64,000 bases of DNA from Candidatus Omnitrophota bacterium (lineage in GTDB: Bacteria; Omnitrophota; Gorgyraeia; JABMRG01). Position 1 is the first letter of the stretch, and the number at the start of each line of letters is the position of its first letter. The translations under genes and the position numbers were made by a program. Positions 30,685 through 40,083 of the stretch are shown in pieces. The DNA is taken from assembly GCA_028716165.1 (NCBI GenBank), contig JAQUQI010000003.1, positions 55,966 through 119,965 on the forward strand. The letters are read 5' to 3'. The notes under the pieces were generated by a model that searched no databases, was not told the origin of the DNA, and saw only the letters and a list, made by a program, of their open reading frames with translations.

Positions 30685-31743
30685 ATGTATAGTAAAAAAC
30701 TAAAAAAATTTTATAAAATTATATCGCGTATGCCGGCATCATCTATCCTTATTGTCGGTGACATTATGCTGGACAGGTTTATATGGGGTACTGTTTCCCG
30801 AATATCTCCTGAAGCGCCTGTCCCTGTGGTTTGGGCCAAATCTGAATCTTTTATGCCCGGAGGCGCTTCCAATGTTGCCAATAATATACGCTGTTTAGGC
30901 GCCGAAGCGCATATATGCGGCGTAATAGGCGATGACGAACCGGGCAGGATACTTGTTTCAGAGCTTGCCAAAAACGGCATCAAGGCAGACGGTGTTGTTC
31001 TTGACAGGAACAGGCCCACCATTCACAAGACAAGGATCATAGCCCATCATCAGCAGGTTGTGCGTATAGATAAAGAATCAGATATAGCGGTGGACAAGGG
31101 TACCATAAACACTATGATATCGTATATAAGATCCAAAATAAACAGTGTTAACGCTATTGTCATTGAGGATTACGGAAAAGGCGTCGTGAGCCCATGCTTG
31201 ATAAAGGAACTTGTCTGCCTGGCGAGGCGGCACAAGAAGATCATCACGGTTGACCCAAAAGAAGAGCATTTTAATTTGTATACCGGCATTACATCTATTA
31301 CGCCTAACCGCAGTGAAGCGGAAAATGCGACAGGCGTTAAGATAAAAGACGCGCGGTCACTACAGAAGGCGGGTAATGCCTTGTTGAAAATACTAAAGTC
31401 CGAATCGGTCTTGATCACACTCGGCGAAGACGGCATGGCATTGTTTCGCAAAAACATGCCCTGCATGTGTATCCCTACCGCCGCCCGTGAGGTTTATGAC
31501 GTTTCAGGAGCCGGAGACACTGTTATCAGCGTGTTTACCCTCGCGCTGTCCGCTGGCGCGGACATGGAAGAGGCTTCCTATATAGCCAATGCGGCGGCAG
31601 GAGTTGTTGTCGGCAAACTTGGCATAGGTATATGTGACACGCGCGAGTTAAAATCGTATTTGCGTAAAATCAGGCCGGATAAAGGCATTAGAGAAAAGCC
31701 CGGACGGTATTTTGAACCCGGATTATTGAGGAGTAATATATGA
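30685..31743 (+). CDS. hldE: D-glycero-beta-D-manno-heptose-7-phosphate kinase (HldE/RfaE kinase domain only, pfkB family)
   Basis: pfkB ribokinase-like fold (ILIVGDIMLDRFIWG, GAGDTVISVF); about 352 aa, no C-terminal adenylyltransferase domain; start placed at the ATG after the promoter. Confidence 0.8.
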   Translation: MYSKKLKKFYKIISRMPASSILIVGDIMLDRFIWGTVSRISPEAPVPVVWAKSESFMPGGASNVANNIRCLGAEAHICGVIGDDEPGRILVSELAKNGIKADGVVLDRNRPTIHKTRIIAHHQQVVRIDKESDIAVDKGTINTMISYIRSKINSVNAIVIEDYGKGVVSPCLIKELVCLARRHKKIITVDPKEEHFNLYTGITSITPNRSEAENATGVKIKDARSLQKAGNALLKILKSESVLITLGEDGMALFRKNMPCMCIPTAAREVYDVSGAGDTVISVFTLALSAGADMEEASYIANAAAGVVVGKLGIGICDTRELKSYLRKIRPDKGIREKPGRYFEPGLLRSNI

Positions 31744-32522
31744 CAAGTGTAGGCATAATACCAGCCAGATATGGAGCCAGCAGGTTTGAGGGAAAGGTCA
31801 TGGCCGATATTGGAGGCAAAACCATGATACAGCATGTCTGGGAAAGGGCGAAGAAGGCCCATTCTCTTGACGATCTTATAGTGGCCGCTGATGACGACAG
31901 AATTATAGAGGTAGTTGAGAGCTTTGGCGGAAAGGCGATTTTCACATCAAAATCCCATCCTTCGGGCACAGACAGGCTTAGAGAGATAGTCAATCCCCTT
32001 GACGTTGATATAGTGGTTAATATACAGGCAGATGAGCCTCTCCTGCATCATTCAATGATAGACAATCTGGTTGACGCCATGCGCGGGGACAAGGGTATAG
32101 TCATGGCCAGTCTTATGAAAAAGATATTGCATTTTTCGGACTTTGAAAATCCTAATGTGGTAAAGGTCGCGGTTGACAAGAATAATTTTGCCTTGTATTT
32201 TTCAAGAAGCCCCATACCTTTTATAAGGGATAAGAAAAAACGTGATATATTAAGGGCTGATGACAATGCCCTTAAGGAAGAGAGGTTTTATAAGCATATC
32301 GGCTTATATGCCTATACAAAGGATTTTTTATTTACCTTTGCCAATCTGCCGCAGTCCTTTCTTGAGCAATACGAAAAACTTGAGCAGTTAAGGGCCCTTG
32401 AAAACGGTTACAGAATAATGATGATTGAGACCGGTTATGATACCGTTGGTGTTGATACCCCGGAAGACCTTGAACGGGCGAAAACAATGATTGACAGGCC
32501 CGAGGAGCAGTCTTTATCGTGA
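31740..32522 (+). CDS. kdsB: 3-deoxy-manno-octulosonate cytidylyltransferase (CMP-Kdo synthetase)
   Basis: IIPARYGASRFEGK N-terminal motif and overall KdsB architecture; ATGA overlap with hldE. Confidence 0.9.
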   Translation: MTSVGIIPARYGASRFEGKVMADIGGKTMIQHVWERAKKAHSLDDLIVAADDDRIIEVVESFGGKAIFTSKSHPSGTDRLREIVNPLDVDIVVNIQADEPLLHHSMIDNLVDAMRGDKGIVMASLMKKILHFSDFENPNVVKVAVDKNNFALYFSRSPIPFIRDKKKRDILRADDNALKEERFYKHIGLYAYTKDFLFTFANLPQSFLEQYEKLEQLRALENGYRIMMIETGYDTVGVDTPEDLERAKTMIDRPEEQSLS

Positions 32523-33346
32523 AAAATCATATTGTCAAGGCAGGCAATATTGAAATAGGCCGCGGCAGAGCTCTTGTATTAATGGCCGGTCCGTGCGTTA
32601 TTGAGAATGAGAGGCAGGCTTTTTATCACGCTGAAAGGCTTTTGAAAATAACGGACAACCTTAAACTGCCTTTGATATACAAAAGCAGTTATGACAAAGC
32701 AAACAGGTCGTCGGGCAGATCTTTTCGCGGGCCCGGGATTTCAAAAGGCCTTGCTATACTGAAAAAGATTAAAAAAAGCCTTGGGCTTATTGTCACCAGT
32801 GATGTCCATTGCAGGCAGGAGATAGAGGAGTCGGCTTGTGTCCTGGATATAATACAGATACCGGCTTTTCTTTGCAGGCAGACGGATTTGTTGACCGCCG
32901 CGGCAAGGACAGGCAGGCCGGTTAATGTTAAAAAGGGCCAGTTTATGGCGCCTTGGGACATGCAAAATGTGCTGGAAAAGATCAAAGACGCCGGCGGAAG
33001 AGATATACTACTGACGGAAAGAGGGACCAGCTTTGGTTATAATAATCTGGTCAGTGATATGAGGTCTTTGCCTATTATGCGCGGCATGGGTTATCCTGTC
33101 ATATATGATGCCACACATAGCGTGCAATTACCTTCAGGCCAAGGGCGCTCTTCGGGCGGGCAGAAAGAGTTTGTTTCGTATCTTGCCATGGCATCGGTAG
33201 CTGTAGGCATAGACGGCATCTTTATAGAGACCCATAAAGACCCCGGCAAGGCCCTTTCAGACGGCCCTAATATGGTTGCCATAAAGGACCTTGGCGAATT
33301 GTTACAAAAATTGAAGGCAATAAGAGAGGCGCTCGGCGATGTTTGA
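32519..33346 (+). CDS. kdsA: 2-dehydro-3-deoxyphosphooctonate aldolase (Kdo8P synthase)
   Basis: DAHP/KDO8P synthase TIM-barrel motifs (GPCVIEN, KSSYDKANRSS, DATHS). Confidence 0.9.
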   Translation: MKNHIVKAGNIEIGRGRALVLMAGPCVIENERQAFYHAERLLKITDNLKLPLIYKSSYDKANRSSGRSFRGPGISKGLAILKKIKKSLGLIVTSDVHCRQEIEESACVLDIIQIPAFLCRQTDLLTAAARTGRPVNVKKGQFMAPWDMQNVLEKIKDAGGRDILLTERGTSFGYNNLVSDMRSLPIMRGMGYPVIYDATHSVQLPSGQGRSSGGQKEFVSYLAMASVAVGIDGIFIETHKDPGKALSDGPNMVAIKDLGELLQKLKAIREALGDV

Positions 33347-34679
33347 AGAAAACTGGATATACAGGATCGTTGTTATAGTGTCTTTATGCGTATTACTGGC
33401 GTGGGTTTACGTTGTCAATGAGGCCTCATTTACCGGCTTTATTAACGGAAAACCCGGACTGGATGCCGCCAGGCTTGCCTGGCACATAGGTATTTTTATT
33501 TTGCTGGCGGTCGCGCTGGTCTATCTCATGCAGTCTGTCATTGATTATAAGGGGCAGAATGATGTGCTAAGAAAATATCTCCAGCGGCTTCAACAGGAGC
33601 TTGACGTGGAACGAGAGGCCATAAAACAGCTTAAGACGGAATCCAACGACGAACTCTTAAGGCTTGAGTCTTTTATAATCACAATGTCCGATACTGCGAA
33701 ACAAATAAGTTCTGTCCTGCGCACAGACGAACTTTTAAGGGTATTGTTGCGTAAGGCCATAGACCTTTTGGGTTCTCAAAAGTGTGTTATATTTAAGGTG
33801 GATGAAAAGACCCAAAAGCTCGTGTATATTGATTCGGTGGGTTATAAAAAAGAAGAAATTGAGGGTTACGATTTAAAGGCGGACGAAAAATCAGGGCTTA
33901 TAGGTTATGCCTCTGAACAGGGCATATTCGTTTCACGAAAGACCCTGGCCCAGGATTACACAAAGGCCCACATCGTTGACGGAGATAAGCTTAAGGCCAA
34001 TTTTTGTCAGCCTATTGTGTATAATTCAAAAACCTTAGCATCCATATGCGTCGGCACCGCCAATCCGGATTTGACCCATGAACAGGTAATGCGCCTTTTG
34101 TCAACCCTTGCCAATTTCGGCGGTATAGCGCTTACCAACACGGAGCTTGTTGATAAAATAAGGGAGCAGTCTGTAAGAGACAGCCTTACCTGGTTGTATA
34201 ATCATCAGTATTTTCAAAACTACATGAATCACTTATTGTCGGTGGCTAAGCGGGAAAGGGATCCGCTTGGTTTTATAATGATGGACATAGATTTTTTCAA
34301 AAAATTTAACGATACTTACGGCCATCAGGCCGGGGATTTTGTGCTCAAAAAAGTTGCCTCAATGTTGACGGCAGAATTACGAGGCACTGATATAGTGGCC
34401 AGATACGGCGGAGAGGAGTTTGTAGCCATATTGCCCGGCAGGGACGCGGAGGCCTCCTATAAGATAGCGGATAGGATCAGAAAGCTTTTTGAAGGCACTT
34501 TGTTTAATTATGAATCGCATGAATTGAAAATTACTTTGAGCGCGGGTGTGTCTGCTTATATACCGTCTGTCAATGATACTACGACGAAGGAACTCTTGAT
34601 AAGGTATGCTGACAATGCCTTATATGAAGCCAAGGCAGGCGGCCGCAACAAGGTTGTTATCCATAAAATTAATTCTTAA
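33339..34679 (+). CDS. membrane-anchored GAF-domain diguanylate cyclase (GGDEF, GGEEF active site)
   Basis: Two N-terminal membrane helices, a coiled-coil segment, a GAF-like domain, then a GGDEF domain with RYGGEEF and the upstream metal-binding DIDFFKKFND (DxD-type); starts 8 nt inside the kdsA 3' end. Confidence 0.85.
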   Translation: MFEENWIYRIVVIVSLCVLLAWVYVVNEASFTGFINGKPGLDAARLAWHIGIFILLAVALVYLMQSVIDYKGQNDVLRKYLQRLQQELDVEREAIKQLKTESNDELLRLESFIITMSDTAKQISSVLRTDELLRVLLRKAIDLLGSQKCVIFKVDEKTQKLVYIDSVGYKKEEIEGYDLKADEKSGLIGYASEQGIFVSRKTLAQDYTKAHIVDGDKLKANFCQPIVYNSKTLASICVGTANPDLTHEQVMRLLSTLANFGGIALTNTELVDKIREQSVRDSLTWLYNHQYFQNYMNHLLSVAKRERDPLGFIMMDIDFFKKFNDTYGHQAGDFVLKKVASMLTAELRGTDIVARYGGEEFVAILPGRDAEASYKIADRIRKLFEGTLFNYESHELKITLSAGVSAYIPSVNDTTTKELLIRYADNALYEAKAGGRNKVVIHKINS

Positions 34680-34716
34680 AAAATACGCCGCCGCGGGCCT
34701 ATCCGTGAGGTTACTT

Positions 34717-34738
34717 GCGCGTTAAAGGCGCGCGTTTA
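34717..34738 (+). terminator. weak candidate hairpin (GCGCG-N7-CGCGC) plus short T tract after the GGDEF gene
   Basis: Read directly from the sequence; 5-bp GC stem with a poor U tract (GTTTATA). Confidence 0.2.
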
Positions 34739-34818
34739 TAAGAGCGCGGAGAATACCTTTATGCCGGTGGGACGGGAAAAGGTGTTTAGTAAAAAATCCC
34801 GCAAGACAGGAGCTTATT

Positions 34819-35880
34819 ATGGAAATAATAGATCTCTTACGTATGGCCAAAGATGCCAATGCCTCTGACCTTTTGCTTGTGGTGGGCACCCCGCCTATTT
34901 TAAGGATAAACGGAAATTTAAAGAAGACCGATTTTGCCCCTTTGGCCCCGAAAGAATCCGAGAGGCTTATATTCTCCATTATGGATGACAGGCAAAAGGA
35001 GCAGTATAAGAAGTGCCGTGACATAGACATATCATTTGCCGCCAGCGGCCTGGCGCGTTTCAGGATAAACGTGCACCAGCAGAGAGGCAGTATAGCGGCG
35101 GCTATAAGGATTATACCGCTTGGCATACCGTCTTTTGACGATCTGATACTGCCCAAAGACGTGATAACCAGGCTTTGCAACTTAAGGAGCGGATTGGTGC
35201 TTGTGACAGGGCAATCCGGAAGCGGCAAGACCACAACCTTAGCGAGCATGATCAACTACATTAACTCCCAGAGAGAGTGCCACGTTATTACTATAGAGGA
35301 CCCTATTGAGTTTATCCATGAACATAAGAAGGCTGTTATAGAACAGAGAGAAATATTGATTGATTCGGATTCTTTCCAGGCCGCTCTGTTTCATGTTGTC
35401 AGGCAGAACCCGGATATAATATTGGTTGGCGAGATGCGCGACCTTGAGACCATATCCACGGCGATTACGGCATCCGAGACAGGACAGCTGGTGCTGGCCA
35501 CACTGCATACTATTGACGCGGTTGAAACGATAAACAGGATAATTGATGTTTTCCCGTGGCGTCAGCAGCAGCAGATAAGGGTACAGCTCGCTTCAACCAT
35601 AAGCGGGGTCATATCCCAAAGGCTTGTCCAGAAATTGCACGGCAACGGTATGATAGTAGCTTGTGAAGTCATGCTCGGCATACCCGCGGTAAAAAACCTT
35701 ATACGGGAAGGCAATACCCACCACCTGCAAAACGTGATTGAGACAAATGCTAAATACGGTATGCAATCAATGGACCAGTCGCTTATTGACCTTTACAGGA
35801 AGAACCTGATCGGTCAGGATGAATTGTTATCAAACATAAAAGATAAAGAACGCGAAGCCGTAAGGACGGTAATAGGATGA
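34819..35880 (+). CDS. pilT: PilT-family type IV pilus retraction ATPase
   Basis: PilT N-terminal region, Walker A (GQSGSGKTT), Walker B / Asp box (ILVGEMRD) and His box typical of the PilT/PilU subfamily; 353 aa. Confidence 0.85.
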   Translation: MEIIDLLRMAKDANASDLLLVVGTPPILRINGNLKKTDFAPLAPKESERLIFSIMDDRQKEQYKKCRDIDISFAASGLARFRINVHQQRGSIAAAIRIIPLGIPSFDDLILPKDVITRLCNLRSGLVLVTGQSGSGKTTTLASMINYINSQRECHVITIEDPIEFIHEHKKAVIEQREILIDSDSFQAALFHVVRQNPDIILVGEMRDLETISTAITASETGQLVLATLHTIDAVETINRIIDVFPWRQQQQIRVQLASTISGVISQRLVQKLHGNGMIVACEVMLGIPAVKNLIREGNTHHLQNVIETNAKYGMQSMDQSLIDLYRKNLIGQDELLSNIKDKEREAVRTVIG

Positions 35881-36872
35881 AACCGAAAAAAAACATACGA
35901 ATTGATAAATTAGACCCCGCGCTCATCGGCCGGCAGGTGTTGAAGATAGAATCAGATGCCATAAAGGCATTGGTCCCTAATGTATCATCTGATTTCAACA
36001 AAGCCGTAAGCCTTATATTGAAAACCAAGGCCAGGGTCATTGTTACCGGCATGGGCAAGCCCGGTATCATAGGTAGAAAAATATCGGCGACACTTTCATC
36101 CACGGGGACACCAAGCCTGTTCCTGCACCCTGCCGAGGCCGTCCATGGCGACTTAGGCCGTGTTACCGAGGACGATGTGATAATAGCTCTCTCCAATAGC
36201 GGTGAGACGGATGAGATCAAGAAACTGCTTCCGGTGATAAAAAAAATCGGGGCTAAACTTATAAGCTTGACCGGCAATACGCGCTCAACGTTAGCTGTTT
36301 TTAGCGATATTGTACTTAATGTTTCTGTGAGAAAAGAGGCATGCCCTTTGGGGTTGGCTCCCACCGCAAGCACAACGGCAATGCTTGCTATGGGAGACGC
36401 CTTATGCGTTGCCCTGCTCAAGGTAAGGGGTTTTAGGGCGGAAGACTTCGCGTTTTATCATCCAGGCGGCAGTCTTGGCAAGAAGCTGTGGCTTAAGGTA
36501 GAGGATGTGATGAGAAAAGATGACGCCTTTACCGTTGCAAGAGAGGACGCGCCGCTTAAAAAGGTGCTCTATGCCATAACAAAGGCCCGCGCGGGCAGCG
36601 CTACCGTAGTTGATAAAAGCGGCAGGCTGACAGGCATATTCACGGACGGTGACTTGAGAAGAAACCTTGAAAAAGACCCTTATGTTACCGAGAAGATGGT
36701 CAGGCTGGTCATGACTAAAAACCCCGCCGTGATAAAAAAAGGAAGTATGGCTGTTGAGGCGCTGAATCTGCTTAGAAGAAAAAAGATAGACGAGATACCT
36801 GTCGTTGACAGGGATTACAAACCGGTAGGGCTTGTGGACGTGCAGGACCTTTTAAGGGCCGGGCTTGTCTGA
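35877..36872 (+). CDS. kdsD: arabinose-5-phosphate isomerase (KdsD/KpsF)
   Basis: SIS domain (VIVTGMGKPGIIGRKISATLSSTGTPS) followed by tandem CBS domains; ATGA overlap with the pilT stop. Confidence 0.9.
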   Translation: MKPKKNIRIDKLDPALIGRQVLKIESDAIKALVPNVSSDFNKAVSLILKTKARVIVTGMGKPGIIGRKISATLSSTGTPSLFLHPAEAVHGDLGRVTEDDVIIALSNSGETDEIKKLLPVIKKIGAKLISLTGNTRSTLAVFSDIVLNVSVRKEACPLGLAPTASTTAMLAMGDALCVALLKVRGFRAEDFAFYHPGGSLGKKLWLKVEDVMRKDDAFTVAREDAPLKKVLYAITKARAGSATVVDKSGRLTGIFTDGDLRRNLEKDPYVTEKMVRLVMTKNPAVIKKGSMAVEALNLLRRKKIDEIPVVDRDYKPVGLVDVQDLLRAGLV

Positions 36873-37467
36873 TCCGGGGGCCTGGAGGATTATTATGGGT
36901 ATCAATCTATCCCGCGAAAAGAAAAAGGCTTTTGTCAATACCGTGCAGGATATTAAGTGCCGCGCTAAAAAGATTAAAATGCTTTTAATGGATGTTGACG
37001 GTGTCCTTACACCCGGCTCTATGATAATATCTGATTCCGGCAAAGAGATAAAGGCCTTTGATGTCCATGACGGTTTCGGTATCATGCTATGGCACAAGGC
37101 CGGGTTAAAGAGCGCCATAATTACAGCAGGGGATTCCAAGGCTGTAGCCCGCAGGGCCGATACCTTGAATATAGACAGGGTGTTCCAAAACGCAAAAGAC
37201 AAACTTTGTTTTTATGATAAGATCAAAAATGAGTTTGGATTGCGTGACGATCAGGTATGTTTTATCGGAGACGATCTAATTGATATACCTGTCTTAAAGC
37301 GGGCGGGATTGTCCTGCGCCGTGTCAAATGCCCGCGAAGATATACACGATTACGCGCACTATAGATGCAGGGCCCGCGGCGGCAGAGGCGCCGTGCGTGA
37401 GGTCATAGATATGATACTGAAAATAAAAGGCCTTTGGCCCGGCGTTACAGGTATTTACCGTCTTTAG
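36865..37467 (+). CDS. kdsC: 3-deoxy-D-manno-octulosonate 8-phosphate phosphatase (HAD family)
   Basis: HAD motif I (LLMDVDGVLT), GDDLIDIPV and the C-terminal GGRGAVREV motif typical of KdsC; true start may be the second ATG at about 36895. Confidence 0.8.
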   Translation: MSDPGAWRIIMGINLSREKKKAFVNTVQDIKCRAKKIKMLLMDVDGVLTPGSMIISDSGKEIKAFDVHDGFGIMLWHKAGLKSAIITAGDSKAVARRADTLNIDRVFQNAKDKLCFYDKIKNEFGLRDDQVCFIGDDLIDIPVLKRAGLSCAVSNAREDIHDYAHYRCRARGGRGAVREVIDMILKIKGLWPGVTGIYRL

Positions 37468-38447
37468 AACGTATTTTTGACGGATTCGGACAGGCCCTTG
37501 GCAGTTCGCGTTTTTATCAAGATATTTTTTTGTTATATACCGGGAGGTTTTTAAGGATAGTGAAATATCGTTTCAGGAGACGGTTCTTATACATACTGCT
37601 TGTCGTTTCGGGTAAAATATTTTTATTACTGCCGTATAATATCGCCGTTACTCTCGGCGGCGCCTGCGGCCGGGCGGTTTACATGTTGTTGGGCCGCTAT
37701 AGGTCTCTTACGATATCCCATCTGGAATACGCTTTCGGCTCTGCTTTGACAAGAGAGCGGATCAGGCTTGTGTCAAAATCCGTGTTTGTAAACCTGGGCA
37801 TGTGCGCGGCAGAGATATTGAGCCTTCCGAAAATAAAACACAGGTTAAACAGGCTCATTGACATTGAGGGTAAAGAAAAGATAGACAGGGTAATCTCCGC
37901 CGGCAGTGGCGCGGTTATTGTCTCTGCCCATCTGGGCAACTGGGAGCTTATTCCCGTGTTCTTTTCGTGTAATGGTTATAAATCCAATGTTATTGCCAGG
38001 CCGATATATTACGAGAAATATAACGAATGGATATCCTCGCTTAGGTCTGGCATGGGCATTAACGTTATATACAGGACAGACTCCGCGAAAAAAATAATAC
38101 GTCTTCTAAAACGAAAAGAACTGCTTGGCATCGTTGCTGATCAGGATGTGGACAGCCTCGGAGGGGTGTTTGTTGATTTTTTCGGCAAAAAGGCATACAC
38201 GCCTTCCGCGCCCGTGAAACTCGCCCAGGTATGCCGGGTGCCGATAATACCGGTTTTTATCATCCGTTCGGGCCTGCGGCATACAATTCGCGTGGAAGAT
38301 CCTATTTACATAAATGATATTTCTGATCCTGAATGGGTTGTCAATTATACAAAGAAATGGTCGGATGTCGTAGAGTCTTATGTCCGCAGATATCCCGAAC
38401 AGTGGGTATGGATGCATAGAAGATGGAAGACCAAGGCCGTATGTTAA
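37434..38447 (+). CDS. lpxL: lipid A biosynthesis late acyltransferase (LpxL/HtrB family)
   Basis: LPLAT fold: N-terminal membrane helix, HLGNWE (H(X)4E) catalytic motif and the conserved YPEQWVWMHRRWK tail; start codon uncertain (a GTG near 37561 is possible). Confidence 0.75.
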   Translation: MARRYRYLPSLERIFDGFGQALGSSRFYQDIFLLYTGRFLRIVKYRFRRRFLYILLVVSGKIFLLLPYNIAVTLGGACGRAVYMLLGRYRSLTISHLEYAFGSALTRERIRLVSKSVFVNLGMCAAEILSLPKIKHRLNRLIDIEGKEKIDRVISAGSGAVIVSAHLGNWELIPVFFSCNGYKSNVIARPIYYEKYNEWISSLRSGMGINVIYRTDSAKKIIRLLKRKELLGIVADQDVDSLGGVFVDFFGKKAYTPSAPVKLAQVCRVPIIPVFIIRSGLRHTIRVEDPIYINDISDPEWVVNYTKKWSDVVESYVRRYPEQWVWMHRRWKTKAVC

Positions 38448-39352
38448 ACCCCAATTACAGATTAACAATTATTGCCGTATCAGCCGTTGCTGTTATTTTA
38501 TTTTGCTGCAGGGGTTTTATTTTTGAGAATACTGCCTCCCCGGGCCCGGGTTCGGCAGCGGAGTCCGTGCGCGATCAGGATATGGCGTCAGGCGAAAAAG
38601 TCAAGGTTTTTTCCATGTCCGGGTTTTCGGATTCAGGCAAGAAATCATGGCAGCTTAACGGCAAAAGCGCGGACATATTTGCCGATGTGATAAAGCTTTT
38701 TGACATCAACGGGAATTCTTACGGTGACGGGGTAAAGGTAAGCCTTGTTTCGGATAACGGTATCTTTGACCGCAAGACGAACAATATTGAATTGCGTAAT
38801 AATGTAAGTATTGCCACGGATGAAGGCACCACGCTTAAAACCGAAGTATTGAAATGGGATTCCAAGGAAAAGATAGTCTTTACCGATGACAAGGTATATA
38901 TCAACAGGAAAGAGATGGACATGTCGGGGACAGGCGCTTTGGCCAGGCACAGCCTTAAACTCGTCCAGCTTGACCGCGATATTACTGTTGATCTTAAAGA
39001 CCCCGCGGCTGTTATCACATGTGCCGGTCCCCTTGAGGTGGATTACGCCAAAAACGCCGCTATCTTCAACAATGACGTCAGGGTGACCGATAAGGAGGTC
39101 TTTATCGGCGCGGACAAGGCCACGGCTTATTTTGAACCGAAAAGCAGGTCTCTTAAAATGATATTTTGCCAAGGAAATGTGAACATAAAAAGAGGCCAGG
39201 ACAGCACCCTGGCCAAACAGCTTACATACCTGCCGGGCGAAGGAAGGGTATTACTTGAAGGCAGGCCCAGGATAATTATACGCAGCGGTGGAGATTTTAT
39301 TCAAAGATTCAGGCAAAAGAAAGAGAGCGCGGGTGAGCAGATTAAAGGTTGA
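38441..39352 (+). CDS. lptC: LptC-LptA-like fusion (membrane-anchored OstA-N beta-jellyroll protein with two tandem LptC/LptA domains)
   Basis: N-terminal TM helix, an LptC-like segment, then a second OstA_N/LptA-like segment (...[31 protein letters not shown]...[13 protein letters not shown]); located immediately upstream of lptB. Confidence 0.6.
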   Translation: MLNPNYRLTIIAVSAVAVILFCCRGFIFENTASPGPGSAAESVRDQDMASGEKVKVFSMSGFSDSGKKSWQLNGKSADIFADVIKLFDINGNSYGDGVKVSLVSDNGIFDRKTNNIELRNNVSIATDEGTTLKTEVLKWDSKEKIVFTDDKVYINRKEMDMSGTGALARHSLKLVQLDRDITVDLKDPAAVITCAGPLEVDYAKNAAIFNNDVRVTDKEVFIGADKATAYFEPKSRSLKMIFCQGNVNIKRGQDSTLAKQLTYLPGEGRVLLEGRPRIIIRSGGDFIQRFRQKKESAGEQIKG

Positions 39353-40055
39353 AAACCTGGCCAAATCCTATAATGGCCGTAGCGTGGTTAATGATATAAA
39401 CATAGAGATAAACCGAGGCGAGATTGTGGGTCTTTTGGGCCCGAACGGAGCGGGCAAGACAACCTCTTTTTACATGATAGTAGGCCTTATCAGGCCTGAT
39501 AAAGGCAGGATAATGTTTGATGATAAAGACATAACGCAGATGCCTATGTATAAAAGAGCGCGCTTGGGCATAGGATATCTGTGCCAGGATGATTCGGTTT
39601 TCAGGAAACTGACTGTTGAGGAAAATATCATGGCTGTTCTTGAAACGCTTAATATACCGATGCGCGAAAGAAAAAACAGGCTTGAAAAACTACTAAGTGA
39701 ATTGAAGATATCGCATCTTGGTAAGAATAAGGCGTATACGCTAAGCGGCGGGGAAAGAAGGCGTCTTGAGATAACAAGGGCCCTTGTGACCGAGCCTTCG
39801 TTTTTACTCTTGGATGAGCCGTTCAGCGGAATAGACCCTATAGCGGTGTTTGAGGCGCAACAGATTATCCAGGACTTAAAACAAGGCGGATTGGGGATAC
39901 TGCTTACGGATCATAGCGTGCGCGAAACGCTGGCGATAACAGACCGTTCATATATCATGTATGAAGGCAGGATATTGATATCCGGGACATCCAACGATCT
40001 GATTTCCAGCCCGAAGGCCCGGCAGATATATCTTGGAGAAAAATTCACGCTGTAA
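39333..40055 (+). CDS. lptB: LPS export ABC transporter ATP-binding protein
   Basis: From the GTG at 39333 the N-terminus ([13 protein letters not shown]) aligns with the canonical LptB N-terminus; Walker [10 protein letters not shown], signature [11 protein letters not shown], Walker B LLLDEP; the ORF-track start at 39288 is probably an upstream extension. Confidence 0.9.
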   Translation: MSRLKVENLAKSYNGRSVVNDINIEINRGEIVGLLGPNGAGKTTSFYMIVGLIRPDKGRIMFDDKDITQMPMYKRARLGIGYLCQDDSVFRKLTVEENIMAVLETLNIPMRERKNRLEKLLSELKISHLGKNKAYTLSGGERRRLEITRALVTEPSFLLLDEPFSGIDPIAVFEAQQIIQDLKQGGLGILLTDHSVRETLAITDRSYIMYEGRILISGTSNDLISSPKARQIYLGEKFTL

Positions 40056-40083
40056 GAAAACGAAACGATAAACAGGAGGACGC

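Noticed and set aside
34722-35255. 177-aa minus-strand ORF overlapping the pilT 5' region
   Set aside because: Antisense to a well-supported PilT ATPase (Walker motifs in the + frame); translation is low complexity.
35783-36421. 212-aa minus-strand ORF
   Set aside because: Fully antisense to kdsD/pilT with no recognisable domain; a shadow ORF in a gene-dense one-strand region.
39288-39332. ATG-initiated N-terminal extension of lptB
   Set aside because: Homology to the LptB N-terminus begins at the GTG at 39333 ([13 protein letters not shown]); the upstream 15 codons are the tail of the lptC/A frame region and are probably not translated as LptB.
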